Positions 12,278 to 25,000 of a stretch of 64,000 nt of DNA are shown here, one piece after another; position 1 is the first letter of the stretch; each line of letters begins with the position of its first letter. The notes beneath the pieces are model-generated. The model was not told where the DNA came from. It ran no database searches and saw only the letters and a list, made by a program, of their open reading frames with translations. The position numbers and the translations under genes were made by a program. Origin of the DNA: Kofleriaceae bacterium (GTDB lineage Bacteria; Myxococcota_A; Polyangia; Haliangiales; Haliangiaceae); contig JBKJLC010000237.1 of assembly GCA_046597055.1 (NCBI GenBank), forward strand, positions 86,737-150,736, given 5' to 3'.

Positions 12278-14691
12278 CCTGGGTTCCTAGTTTGCGCTCC
12301 GATCCCGCCGACGCCAAGCCCGAGGTCCCGCCCCGTCTGCGGCGGCAGCGACGGATCCGGCTGTTTTCGGTGCTGCGGCTGGCCGCGCTGCTGTTCGTGT
12401 ACCTCGGGTCGGGGGGCGCCGCGTTCGCCTACCTCGCGGTCATGACCGCGAACGACTCGCTGCCCGCCGATCTCACCAGCGCGTTCGACTACCGCCCCAA
12501 CCGCAAGAGCCTGGTCATCTCCGCCGACGGCGAGGAGGTCGGCGCCTTCTTCGTCGAGAACCGCCAGGTGGTGTCGCTCGATCGCATGCCGCCGCACGTG
12601 CCGGCCGCCTTCATCTCGTCCGAGGACAGCCGGTTCTGGGATCACCCCGGCTTCGACGCGGTCGGCATCGTCCGCGCCGCCTGGAAGAACTTCACGGTCG
12701 GCAAGACCAAGGAGGGCGCGTCGACGATCACGCAGCAGGTGATCAAGCTGCTCATGCTCGGCAACGAGAAGACCTACGAGCGCAAGCTGAAGGAGGTGGT
12801 GCTGGCGGTCCGCATCGAGCGCGAGCTGTCCAAGCCCGAGATCCTCGCGATCTATCTCAACCACATCTTCCTCGGCAACAACGCGCACGGGGTCCAGGCC
12901 GCCGCCGAGGTCTACTTCGGCAAGAACGTCGAGAACCTGACCATCGCCGAGTCCGCCATGCTCGCCGGCATCGTGCCGGGGCCGAGCATCTACGCGCCCC
13001 ACCGCAACTTCCGCTTCGCCCGGCGCGAGCAGCTCCGCGTGCTCGGCCGCATGCGCGAGGAGGGCTACATCAGCGACACCGAGCTGGCCCAGGCGATCGA
13101 CGAGCCGATCGCCATCCTCGGCGACCAGCCGCTCAACCACCTGGCCGCGCCCTACTTCGTCGAGCGGATCCGGCAGATCGCGCAGACCCAGCTCGGCTTC
13201 GAGAAGGTCTTCCACGGCGGCCTCCGCTTCTACGCCACCCTCGACACCCGCATGCAGGCGGCCGCCGAGGCGGCGCTGCGGCGTGGCCTCGAGACCCTCG
13301 ACCGCCGGCTCGGGTTCCGCGGCCCGGTCGGCCGCATCCCGCGCGCCGACCGCGACGCCTGGGCCCAAGGCCAGGCCCACCCGTATCGGCCCGGCGTGGT
13401 CCTGGCCGCGGCGCCCACCACCGAGCGCATCCAGCCCGAGACCACCTACGCGGGCCTGGTCGTCGAGCTGCCCAAGAAGGGCGGCGTCACCGTCGATCTG
13501 GGGCCGATCACCCGGCGCCTGGTCGACAAGGACGCGGTCGACGTCCGGGCCTGGAAGGGCGAACAAGGCGAGGTGATCGCGGTCGGCGACCTGGTCCCCG
13601 TCCGCGTCGACGCCGCCGGCGAGACGGTGACGCTGGCCCAGCCGCCCGCCCTGCAGGGCGCGCTGGTCGCGATCGAGCCGTCGACCGGCCGGGTCCGCGC
13701 GCTGGTCGGCGGCTACGACTGGATGGGCAGCCAGTTCGACCGCGCCTCGCAGGCCAAACGGCAGGTCGGCTCCGCGATCAAGCCCTTCATCTACGGCGCC
13801 GCGATCGCGGCCGGCCATACCCCGGTCGATCAGATGTACGACGGCCCGGTCTACGTCCCGACCGCGGTCGGCATCTGGTCGCCGTCCAACTACGACGGCA
13901 AGTACACCGGCCGGGTCACTCTGCGCACCGCGATCGCCAAGAGCCTCAACACGATCTCGGTGCAGCTCACGGTCGACGTCGGCCTCGACCGGGTCATCGA
14001 GGTGCTGCGCGGGTTCGGGATCACCTCGCCCATCCCGCGCCACATCTCGGTCTCGCTCGGCACCCCGGATCTCACGCTGCTCGAGCTGTCGACCGCCTAC
14101 GCCGGCATCGCCAACGGCGGCCGCAAGGTCGAGGCGCGCTTCTTCGACCTCGTCGCCGACGGCGCCGGCCAGGTCCTGGTCGATCAGCGCACGCCGCCGC
14201 CGGGCGCGCAGGTGCTGTCGCCTGCGGTCGCCTACGTGCTGACCGACATGATGAAGGGCGTGGTGACCCGCGGCACCGCGCGCCGCGCGGTCGAGCTGGG
14301 CCGGCCCGCCGCCGGCAAGACCGGCACCTCGGCCAACTACAAGGACGTGTGGTTCATCGGCTTCACGCCAGACCTGCTGTGCGGCGTCTGGATCGGCCGC
14401 GACGACTCGACGCCGATCGGCGACAAGATCACCGGCGGTGGCGCCGCGGTGCCGATCTGGCTCGAGTTCATGAAGGCCGCGCTGCCGCCGGGCCCGGGTC
14501 GCGACTTCCCGGTGCCGCCCGGGATCACGTTCGCGCGCATCGAGGAGTGGGGCGGCCAGCCGTGGGGGCCGTCGCCCGATGCAGCGTGGATCCCGTTCGT
14601 GCGTGGCACGATGCCGGCGCGGTTCGCCGCCGGCGGCCCGCTGCCGCGCTTCGAGGACCTGGTCCCACCGCCGCCGATGCCGCCCCCATGA
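12268..14691 (+). CDS. mrcA: Class A penicillin-binding protein 1A (transglycosylase/transpeptidase)
   Basis: EDSRFWDHPG, GASTITQQ, RKLKE, SAIK (SxxK), SLN, KTGT; start uncertain (12268 or TTG at 12292). Confidence 0.92.
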   Translation: MEPSWVPSLRSDPADAKPEVPPRLRRQRRIRLFSVLRLAALLFVYLGSGGAAFAYLAVMTANDSLPADLTSAFDYRPNRKSLVISADGEEVGAFFVENRQVVSLDRMPPHVPAAFISSEDSRFWDHPGFDAVGIVRAAWKNFTVGKTKEGASTITQQVIKLLMLGNEKTYERKLKEVVLAVRIERELSKPEILAIYLNHIFLGNNAHGVQAAAEVYFGKNVENLTIAESAMLAGIVPGPSIYAPHRNFRFARREQLRVLGRMREEGYISDTELAQAIDEPIAILGDQPLNHLAAPYFVERIRQIAQTQLGFEKVFHGGLRFYATLDTRMQAAAEAALRRGLETLDRRLGFRGPVGRIPRADRDAWAQGQAHPYRPGVVLAAAPTTERIQPETTYAGLVVELPKKGGVTVDLGPITRRLVDKDAVDVRAWKGEQGEVIAVGDLVPVRVDAAGETVTLAQPPALQGALVAIEPSTGRVRALVGGYDWMGSQFDRASQAKRQVGSAIKPFIYGAAIAAGHTPVDQMYDGPVYVPTAVGIWSPSNYDGKYTGRVTLRTAIAKSLNTISVQLTVDVGLDRVIEVLRGFGITSPIPRHISVSLGTPDLTLLELSTAYAGIANGGRKVEARFFDLVADGAGQVLVDQRTPPPGAQVLSPAVAYVLTDMMKGVVTRGTARRAVELGRPAAGKTGTSANYKDVWFIGFTPDLLCGVWIGRDDSTPIGDKITGGGAAVPIWLEFMKAALPPGPGRDFPVPPGITFARIEEWGGQPWGPSPDAAWIPFVRGTMPARFAAGGPLPRFEDLVPPPPMPPP

Positions 14692-14755
14692 CGTTCACAC
14701 CCGCACGCGCCCGGTGCGCTCGGCACCGGACGAGGTCATGCTACCGTCTGCGGCG

Positions 14756-15280
14756 ATGTCGCGTTGTACGCTGTCCGGCATTCCACTCGTCTCGATCGCA
14801 ACGGCCATGGCCATGACCACCACGGGATGCAGCGACAACGGCAGCAGCGGCGGCCCCGACGCGGTCTCGCCGTCGTGCATGGAGGCGACGATGCATGACG
14901 ACCTCCCGTGGCTGCAGGAGAAGGTCTTCTCCCCGAGCTGCTCGGGCTTCTCGTCCTGCCACATGGGCGCGGCCCTCGATGCCGAGGGGCTCAACCTCGA
15001 GACCGGCAGCACCCACGCTCAGCTGGTCGGGGTGCGGTCGGAGCTGTTTCCCGAGCTCGTGCGGGTCGTGCCGGGCGATCCCGCCAACAGCTACCTGATG
15101 ATCGCGGTCGGCCAGTACCCCGGGCCGCTGGGCAAGGGCGGCACCATGCCGCTCAACAACCCGCTACTGTGTCCGCAGAAGCGCGATGCGATCGAGCGCT
15201 GGATCCGGGCGGGCGCCACCGCCACCCCCGCCGCGATCGACGCGGGCCTCGACACCGACGCTGTGACTGCAACGAACTGA
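14756..15280 (+). CDS. Lipoprotein with a cytochrome-c-like domain (CX5CH motif, distal Met)
   Basis: Lipobox TTGC; FSPSCSGFSSCH; VVPGDPANSYL; GTMP; IERWIRAGA. Confidence 0.65.
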   Translation: MSRCTLSGIPLVSIATAMAMTTTGCSDNGSSGGPDAVSPSCMEATMHDDLPWLQEKVFSPSCSGFSSCHMGAALDAEGLNLETGSTHAQLVGVRSELFPELVRVVPGDPANSYLMIAVGQYPGPLGKGGTMPLNNPLLCPQKRDAIERWIRAGATATPAAIDAGLDTDAVTATN

Positions 15281-15343
15281 GCACCGGACGATCTCTCGAT
15301 GCATAAGTCCTCTATCTATCAACGGAATTTGGACTGCGCTCGC

Positions 15344-15373
15344 TTGACGGCAGCGCGGCCCCGCAGCTACAAC
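15344..15373 (+). promoter_or_regulatory. Putative promoter of the exbB-exbD-exbD operon
   Basis: TTGACG-N18-TACAAC; AT-rich upstream tract; GGAG Shine-Dalgarno before ATG 15406. Confidence 0.4.
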
Positions 15374-15405
15374 CGACGCATACCCCGCGGAGGCCGGAGA
15401 TCGCC

Positions 15406-16107
15406 ATGGATTGGCTAAGCGAAGTCTTCTCGAAGGGCGGCCCGTTCTTCATCATCAACACGTTCTTCTTGGCGGTCTGCATCGCCTTGATTGTCGAACG
15501 TGCGATGTATTTCCTGGGCCGCGGCCACCTCAACGCCAAGGCCTTCCTTGAGCAGATCAAGCGTCTGCTCGCGGCCAACAACGTCGATCGCGCCAAGAAG
15601 CTGTGCGACGCGACGTCGGCGCCGGTCGCCCGGGTCGCCAAGGCGGGTCTCAATCGTCTGCATCGCGGTGAAGCCGCGGTCGCTCAGGCGATGGAAGAGA
15701 CCATGACCGATGTGACGCCCGAGGTGAAGGCCCGCGTCGCCGCCCTGTGGTCGATGGCGAACATCGTGACCCTCACGGGTCTCCTTGGCACCATCACCGG
15801 CCTCATCGCGACGTTCTCGGCACTCAAGGAGAGCAACCCGGCCGACAAGGACGAGAAGCTCTCTGAAGGTATCGCCGAGGCCATGTACAACACCGCCTAC
15901 GGTCTCGCGATCGCACTGCTCTGCATGGTCGCGCACCTCATGCTGTCGGCGGCCATGAAGAAGGTCATCTCCGACCTCGAAGCGTTCGCGCTGCGGTTCG
16001 AGAACCTGCTGGCCGAGGGCGCCCTCGCGGGTGCCGGCGGCGCGGGTCGCTCCGCCGGTGCAGCTCCGGGCATGGGCTCCGCCGAGAGCGACCAGGACGT
16101 GGCCTGA
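15406..16107 (+). CDS. MotA/TolQ/ExbB proton channel protein (AglR-like)
   Basis: IVER, GLLGTITGLI, GIAEAMYNTAYGL; three TM segments. Confidence 0.92.
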   Translation: MDWLSEVFSKGGPFFIINTFFLAVCIALIVERAMYFLGRGHLNAKAFLEQIKRLLAANNVDRAKKLCDATSAPVARVAKAGLNRLHRGEAAVAQAMEETMTDVTPEVKARVAALWSMANIVTLTGLLGTITGLIATFSALKESNPADKDEKLSEGIAEAMYNTAYGLAIALLCMVAHLMLSAAMKKVISDLEAFALRFENLLAEGALAGAGGAGRSAGAAPGMGSAESDQDVA

Positions 16108-16116
16108 GGCACACGC

Positions 16117-16916
16117 GTGCTCTCTCACCACCAGGTACGCTCGAAGACTCGCATGGCGGTGCGCCGCCGCGAGGAGCAGATTGAGCAAGACGAGATCGAG
16201 AGCGGTGAGATCAACCTCATCCCGTACCTCGATATCGTCACCAACTTGATGCTGTTCCTCCTGGCGTCGGTGACGGCGAACATCATCTTCGGGCAGATCA
16301 ACACCACCCTGCCCGACCAGGGAGCGCCGCCGGCCAACCAGGCCAACGAACCCGCCAAGGATCCCAACGAGCAGGCGCTCGGCCTGGCGATCGCGGTCAC
16401 CAAGGACGAGATCTTGCTATTCTCGTTCTCGGGGCTGGAGGGCACCATCAAGGAGCCCAAGCTGCGCGTGCCGCGCGCCGGCCGCCCCGGCGAGGCCTGC
16501 GACGGCGCGTACCTCTGCGAGACCAACACCTGCGTCAACCAGGTGTGCAAGGCGAACCCGGACTTCGACGTGACGCCGGTGTTCGACTACCGGTTGCTCA
16601 ACCGCGCGCTGGTCCAGATCGCCGAGACCCGCTTCAAGGGTCAGAAGCGCAAGCCCGACACCTACCAGGCCATCCTGATGGCGGATCCGGCGGTGCCCTA
16701 CGGCACGCTGATCTCGGTCATCAGCGCGATGCGCTGCCCGATGCCTGCGTTCGGTCAGCCGTCACTGACCTGCTTCCTGCCGACCGCCGACGAGAACCTG
16801 AAGAAGGCGGAGAACCCGGTCGACGACGTCGCCCGGCTCTACGACACCGCGCGCACGCCGTACGACCCGACCCAGCATGCGCTGTTCCCGGACGTGGTCT
16901 TCTCGGGAGGCTTCCG

Positions 16917-16920
<4 letters not shown>
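16117..16920 (+). CDS. ExbD/TolR family protein with a Cys-rich insertion
   Basis: EINLIPYLDIVTNLMLFLL TM with conserved Asp; ADPAVPYGTLISVISAMR. Confidence 0.85.
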
Positions 16921-17486
<566 letters not shown>

Positions 17487-17630
17487 CGCGGCTTCCTCCG
17501 ATGGCCTCGTAGTCGCCGCCGCGGACCTCCCGCGAAGCGCGGATCCCCCGGTGGGGTTCGCACCGTCAGCCCCCGGCGCCCCGCGATATCGCGGTGGCTC
17601 CGCCCGTGCGGGCTCGCTATACTGGCTCCC

Positions 17631-18329
17631 ATGAAGTCCTTGGTCGGAGAGCGCCGCGCGATCGCCGCGGCCGTACTAGCCTTCTACGGTCTCATCCTGT
17701 TTCTCCTCGGGGGCAACGTTCCCCCCGAGATGAAGCCGATGATCTTCGCCCTCGCCGCGATCTACGGCGTGGGCTTCTTCGGCGTCGTCGCCGGGTGGTT
17801 CTGGGGGCGCTGGTACGCCAGCGGCGTCGGCATGTGGGGCGTCGTCACGGCGGTGATGGGCATCTGGCAGGTGGGGCCAGAGCCGGTCTTCGTCTTCCTC
17901 GCGATCACCAACGGCATCCTGCCGCTGTTCCTCGCCGGCGATTCGATGGCGGCCGGCTACGACGGCCGGCCCGAGTGGCGGGCGCGCTTCCACCTCGACG
18001 AGCTGGCGGTGCACCGCCTCGGCAAGTCGGTCACCCGCGCCGCGATGAGCTTGCCGTGGCTGCTGCTGTGGGCGCTCGCGCCGAAGCAGCCCGCCAGCCT
18101 CGCCGTGCTGGTGCCGGTCGTGCTCGCCGGCGCCGGCGTCTGGGGCCTCTTCCGCATGCGCACCTGGGGCCTGCTGGCGCTGGCCGGTGCCGCGGGGACC
18201 ACGGCGATCACCGCCGGCGCGTCGGCGGGTCCCGGCACTGTCCACGCGCTGATCGCGACCGTCCTGTTGGCCGGCGCAGTGGCCCCGTTCGCCCGTCCGA
18301 TCGCGCGCAAGCTCGTGACCGCGCGTTGA
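17631..18329 (+). CDS. Hypothetical multi-pass membrane protein
   Basis: About 7-8 hydrophobic segments; TATACT 7 nt before ATG. Confidence 0.8.
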   Translation: MKSLVGERRAIAAAVLAFYGLILFLLGGNVPPEMKPMIFALAAIYGVGFFGVVAGWFWGRWYASGVGMWGVVTAVMGIWQVGPEPVFVFLAITNGILPLFLAGDSMAAGYDGRPEWRARFHLDELAVHRLGKSVTRAAMSLPWLLLWALAPKQPASLAVLVPVVLAGAGVWGLFRMRTWGLLALAGAAGTTAITAGASAGPGTVHALIATVLLAGAVAPFARPIARKLVTAR

Positions 18330-18363
18330 TTTCAGTCGGGCGGCGTCGTACCTTCGACGCCGC

Positions 18364-18963
18364 ATGAGGACTTCATCGCGTGGGCGTCGTTCGCACCTCG
18401 GCGCGCTGGTCGTGGGGCTCGCGCTGGTGGCTGGCGCGGGCCTGGCCACCGGTTGTGCCGGTCCGTACGCGGGCCAGGCCGAGCGGCTGAAGAAGCCGCC
18501 GAAGAAAAAGATGCCCGAGGTGGTCGCGGCCGCCCCGGTCGAGATCAAGTTCGCCGGCGAATGCGTCGCGAAGTTCCAGGAAGAGAACGCCAAGGCGATG
18601 GCGCAGCACAACCGCGGCGCCACCAAGGCCCGGCAGATGGCCGGTCAGGGCGCCGAACTCCTCGAGCAGGCGGCCAAGTCGACCGACGACGCGCAGGTCG
18701 CCGGCCTGACCAAGGAGGCCATCGGCAAGCTGCGCGGCGCGCTGCTCGAAGACCCCTACAGTGCCGAGGCCAGCTACAACCTGGCGGTCGGCTACGCGCG
18801 CGCCCGCCGCAAGACCTGCGCGCTGGCGCTGCTCAAGCGGCTCGCCGAGCTCGAGAAGTACGACGAGTTCACGCCCGCCGCGCGCCGGATGCTCAAGGCC
18901 GCCGAGGACGACGCCGCGTTCTCGCTCTTCCGCAAGGAAGCGACCGAGGCGATGGGGCGCTGA
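18364..18963 (+). CDS. TPR-like lipoprotein (paralog 1)
   Basis: Lipobox ATGC; DPYSAEASYNLAVGYARARRKTCALALLKRL. Confidence 0.75.
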   Translation: MRTSSRGRRSHLGALVVGLALVAGAGLATGCAGPYAGQAERLKKPPKKKMPEVVAAAPVEIKFAGECVAKFQEENAKAMAQHNRGATKARQMAGQGAELLEQAAKSTDDAQVAGLTKEAIGKLRGALLEDPYSAEASYNLAVGYARARRKTCALALLKRLAELEKYDEFTPAARRMLKAAEDDAAFSLFRKEATEAMGR

Positions 18964-19020
18964 CGCGCAACCCGCCACCTCCCTGCCCCCGATCAGCCTG
19001 AGCCAGCAGAAGAGTTCATC

Positions 19021-19671
19021 ATGACGCCTCACCCGTTCGCGCGCGCCCGAGTCGCCGCGTGCCTCGTCGCCTCGCTCGTCGGCGCGACCTCGCTCACCGC
19101 TGGCTGCAAGAAGCCGCCGGTGGTCTCGCCGCCGCCGCCCGCGCTTCGTCCCGAGCCGCTGCCGCCCCCGCCGGTCCAGGCCGCGACCCGCACCGACTGC
19201 GACCCGCCCGAGCTCGGCGCGGCCGCCCAGCCGATGACGTACGCCGAGCGCGCGCCTCGCATCCAGGAGGCCCAGGCGCTCGCCGTCGAGGGCACCAACC
19301 AGCTCAAGGGCGCCGAGGGCGGCGAGCTCGACGCCAAGTCGCGCGAGCAGATGGTGACCGACTCGGTCGCCACGCTGGTCTCGGCGCTGTCGGCCGATCC
19401 CTACAACGTCCACGCGACGTACAACCTCGCGGCGGCCTACGCGCGGATCAATCGCAAGCAGTGCGCGCTCAACTTGCTGGATCGCTTGATCCAGATGCGC
19501 GACCACCACAGCCGCAAGGCCGAGGTGAACGTCAAGCTCGACCGCCTGCTCGGCCGCAACGGGATCGCGCTCGACTCCGACTTCCGCGATCTCCGCCAGA
19601 ACGCGACCTTTGGTTGCTTGATCAGCAATATCGGCTCCACTCAGCCCAAGAACTGCTTCGCGAATCCATAG
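19021..19671 (+). CDS. TPR-like lipoprotein (paralog 2)
   Basis: Lipobox TAGC; DPYNVHATYNLAAAYARINRKQCALNLLDRL. Confidence 0.75.
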   Translation: MTPHPFARARVAACLVASLVGATSLTAGCKKPPVVSPPPPALRPEPLPPPPVQAATRTDCDPPELGAAAQPMTYAERAPRIQEAQALAVEGTNQLKGAEGGELDAKSREQMVTDSVATLVSALSADPYNVHATYNLAAAYARINRKQCALNLLDRLIQMRDHHSRKAEVNVKLDRLLGRNGIALDSDFRDLRQNATFGCLISNIGSTQPKNCFANP

Positions 19672-19819
19672 GGTTGCGGAGTTCGCGACGCGCGGCGCCA
19701 TGCCGCGCTGCCCGCGGTTGGTACGTCGCAGGGTGCCATGGCCGGCCAGGGCGCTTCCCTTGTGCGGCGGGGCTCGATGCCGTACAAATCCGGGACTTTC
19801 CCCCTGGAGCCGCACCCTC

Positions 19820-20644
19820 GTGAAGCCCTCCCTCCTCGCCAGCGCCATCCTCGCCAACACCGCCGTTCTCCTCGGCGCTGGTACGGCGTCCGCCCAGCCT
19901 GCTGCCAAGCCGGCTGCGGCTTCCGCCCGCGCCTGTGGCGTGACCGCGATCCCGCTGTCGGTCGGGAGCGAGTGGGTCTACCAGCCGGCCACGCCGCCTC
20001 AGGACCGGGTCCTGACCGAGGCGCAGAAGCGCCTGACGCCGCTCGAGCCCAAGAAGCTCGTCATCAAGGTCGCCGGCGTCGACACCAAGGACGGCGTCAC
20101 CACCGTCTCGCTCACCGAGGACCACGACGGCCGGGTCCATCAGACCTGGGTCAAGTGCGCCGGCGGCGGCGCGACCTTCCAGATCGCGCCCGACGCGTTC
20201 TGGTTCGCGGGCGAGCCGGGCACCACCTACGGCATCGAGCTCAGCAACGTCGAGCGCAAGGGTCAGACCCTGGGCCTCGTCGGCGGCAAGATCGCCGCGC
20301 TGGAGTGGCACGATGATCTGATCGCGTCCTGGAAGCACGTCGTCACCGGCAAGCGCGAGTTGCCCCTGCGCAGCGGCAAGCTCGAGGTCATCCGGCACTG
20401 GGTGGTCCAGCCCGACGAAGAGATCGGCATGAATGGCGGCCGCTTGAAGGCCAAGAAGCTTGGCATCGAGATCACGATGAAGGTCTCGATCGAGCCGGCC
20501 CCGCCCGAGCCGATCCGGCCGCCGCCGCTGATGGTCAACTTCTTCTGGTACGTGGATGGCGTGGGCCCGGTCCAGATCGTCAACAGCTACGGTCAGATGT
20601 ACGTCCTGACGTCGTCGACTGCGATGGCGTCGGCGACGAAGTAG
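19820..20644 (+). CDS. Hypothetical secreted beta-rich protein
   Basis: GTG at 19820 after GGAG; signal peptide ending ASA-Q; PLSVGSEWVY and WYVDGVGPV motifs. Confidence 0.7.
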   Translation: MKPSLLASAILANTAVLLGAGTASAQPAAKPAAASARACGVTAIPLSVGSEWVYQPATPPQDRVLTEAQKRLTPLEPKKLVIKVAGVDTKDGVTTVSLTEDHDGRVHQTWVKCAGGGATFQIAPDAFWFAGEPGTTYGIELSNVERKGQTLGLVGGKIAALEWHDDLIASWKHVVTGKRELPLRSGKLEVIRHWVVQPDEEIGMNGGRLKAKKLGIEITMKVSIEPAPPEPIRPPPLMVNFFWYVDGVGPVQIVNSYGQMYVLTSSTAMASATK

Positions 20645-20653
20645 CGCTGCCGC

Positions 20654-21835
<1,182 letters not shown>

Positions 21836-22078
21836 TCACGGCGCGCGCCGCGCGATCCCCGGACCCAAGCGCAACCGGGGCGAGGTCGACCTGACCTGGC
21901 CGGCCTGACGCGTGTCATCGCGCGCGGTTGGCAACGTTCTCCGCATCCTGACGATGTAAGCCATCGCTTGCTCTTGACCCGGGGAGACGAGGGCCTCCCT
22001 TGTTCGCTTGACCGATTCGGGTCGGTCCGATACCTAGGCCCCCGCGTCTGCTCGCCTCTTCGCTGCCGATGGAGCTCC

Positions 22079-25000
22079 ATGCCTCGCCTCGCCTGTGTCG
22101 CTCACGCTGTCGTCGTCTCCGCGCTCGTTCTCCTCGCGTCGTGCGCCGATACCGGCAGCGGCAAGCCCCAGTGTGAGGACGGGGTCGACAACGACCGCGA
22201 CGGCTTCATCGACGAGGCCGATCCGGCCTGCGCCGCCGGCAGCCCGACCGAGGCGGAGGATCCGGCCGGGCCCTGCGGGGACGGCGTCGACAACGACGGG
22301 GACGGGCTCACCGACTTCCCGGACGATCCCGGCTGCGACGGCGACGGCGATGTCGACGAGTACGACGTCGGCGACATGGCCGACTGCATGAACGGTCGCG
22401 ACGACGACGGGGATGGCAAGATCGACTTCCCCGCCGACCCCGGCTGTCTCGCGGCCAACCAGGATGGCGAGGGCGACGACTGCCCGACCGGCCCCAACTG
22501 TCCGCAGTGCGCCAACGGCCGGGACGACGATGTCGATACCCTGGTCGACTTCCCGACCGACCCCGGCTGCACCAGCGCGTCGGGTGGGTTCGAGTACAAC
22601 CTCGACGTCAACGCGTGCGGCACCGGCACCCTGGTCGCCGAGCTGCCCGCCAACGGCATCGTGACCGGCACCCTGAGCACCGGCACCAGCAACGTGCAGG
22701 CTTCGACCTGCGCCGGTGGCCCGGTCGGGACCGGGGCCGAGGCGGCCTACGCGTTCCTGGTCGAGAGCCCGAGCACGCTGGTCGCGACGACCGACACCGC
22801 CGGGACCACAGCCAACACCGTGCTGTACGTGCGGCGCGCGTGCCGGACCGCGGCCACCGAGCTCGCCTGCAACGACGACATCAACCCGACCAACACCAAG
22901 TCGTCGATCAGGGCCGAGCTCACGCCCGGCGCCTACTACCTGATCGTCGACACCAAGGCCGGCAGCCAGACCGGCGCCTACACGCTCCAGGCCTCGATCT
23001 ACCGCGGCCTGGGCCAGAGCTGCACGGGCGCGGTCCAGTGCGCGCCCGGCAACGAGTGCCGCATGGTGGCCGGCGCCGGGACCACCACCTGCGAGCGGCC
23101 GGTGTGCAGCGACGGCCGTGACGACGACGGCGACACCAAGATCGACTTCCCGGCCGACCCGGGCTGCACCTCGGCCATCGACAGCAGCGAGACCGACGAC
23201 TGCCCCAATGGGGTCAACTGCCCGGACTGCGCCGACACCGTCGACAACGACGGGGACACCCGCGCCGACTACCCGCTCGACACCGCGTGCGCCTCGGCCA
23301 GCGGCACCTCCGAGTACGCGTGCACCTCGGCAGATCCAGTCCGGACGTTCGCGGGCAACCTCACGGGCCAGACCATGCCCACCCTCGGCAACGACGTCGA
23401 CCTGTCGTGCGGCACTAACGGCCGTGACGAGGTGTTCGCGCTGCTGATCACTCGCCCGCTGGCCGAGCTGCGCATCAACACCATCGGCTCCACCATCGAC
23501 ACCAGCATCGCGCTCAAGCAGGCGAGCTGCTCGAGCTTCGACCTGGCGTGCGACGACGACACCGCCGGCAACGGCGACTCCGAGATCTTTCTGGTCGACG
23601 TGCAGGTCGGCGAGTACTACCTGGTGGTCGACGACGAGAGCACGACCGGCACCTACAACCTCAACGTCCGCGGCACGCTCACCAGCGACGCCTCGTGCGA
23701 CCCGGCCTCCACCCTCTTCACCTGCCCGACCGGCTTCAGCTGCGCGGGCACGGCCGGCGCCGAGCGGTGCACGGCGGCCGCCTGCAACGACGCTGTCGAT
23801 GGCGATGGCGACGGCGACGGCACCGGCTATCCCACCGATCCCGGCTGCGCGTCGCCGAGCGACACCACCGAGGACGACGACTGCCCGGCCGGCCCCAGCT
23901 GCCCGGCGTGCAGCAACGACGTCGATGACGACAACGACACCCTCACCGACTACGGCGCGGATCCCGGCTGCGTCGCCGCCAGCGCCACCAGCGAGCTGGC
24001 GCCGTGCACGTCGGGCGATCCGGTGCTGCTGCTGAACAACCCGCGCGTGGTCGACGCCTCGACCGCGACCCGCAGCAACGACGTCGACCTGTCGTGCGGC
24101 ACCGACGGCCGGGACGAGATCTATCGGCTGATGGTGATCCAGCCGCTGGCGTCGCTCACGGTCGACACCGTGGGCTCGTCGCTCGACACCGTGGTCGGCC
24201 TGCGCGGCGCGACCTGCAACGGCACCGCCGACCTCGCCTGCGACGACAACGGGGCCGGCAACGGCGACTCGCGGGTGACCCTGACCAACGTCGGGGTCGG
24301 CGAGTACTTCGTCGTGGTCGACGATCGCAACGTGGCCAACCCCGGGACCTACAACCTCAACGTCACCGGCACCATCGCCGTCGGCGGCCAGTGCGACCCG
24401 GCCTCGACCGTCTACACCTGCACCGCCGGCCACGCGTGCACCGGCGCGCCGATGGCGACCTGCCAGCTGGCGGCCTGCAACAACGCGGTCGATGACGACG
24501 GCCGCGGCGACGGCACCGGCTTCCCCACTGACCCCGGCTGCGCGAGCACGTCCGACAACGACGAGGCCGATGACTGCCCCAGCGGCCCGATGTGCCCGGC
24601 GTGCAGCAACGACCTCGACGACGACGGCGACGGACTCACCGACTACCCGGAGGACCCGGCCTGCGCGGGCGCGGGCGTCGCCAGCGAGCTGGCGCCGTGC
24701 ACGTCCATCGACCCGATCCCGGTGTTCACCGCCGACCTCGCGGGCGTGTCGATCGCGACCCAGGCCAACGACGTCGACCTCAGCTGCGGCAACGACGGGC
24801 GCGATCTGATCTACCGCTACTACGTCACCGCGCCGCTGGTCAGCCTCACGGCTGACACCGGAGGCTCGGACACCAACGCCGCGATCGCGCTCCGCCGCAA
24901 CTCGTGCAACGGCAACACCGATCTCGGTTGCGCCGTCAACAACTACGCCAACGGCGATGCCCGGGCCACCATCACCGGCGTCACGGTCGGCGAGTACTTC

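Noticed and set aside
17581..17594. 14-bp palindrome CCGCGATATCGCGG upstream of the membrane protein gene
   Set aside because: Single occurrence, mostly GC, and no regulator nearby; cannot be distinguished from chance.
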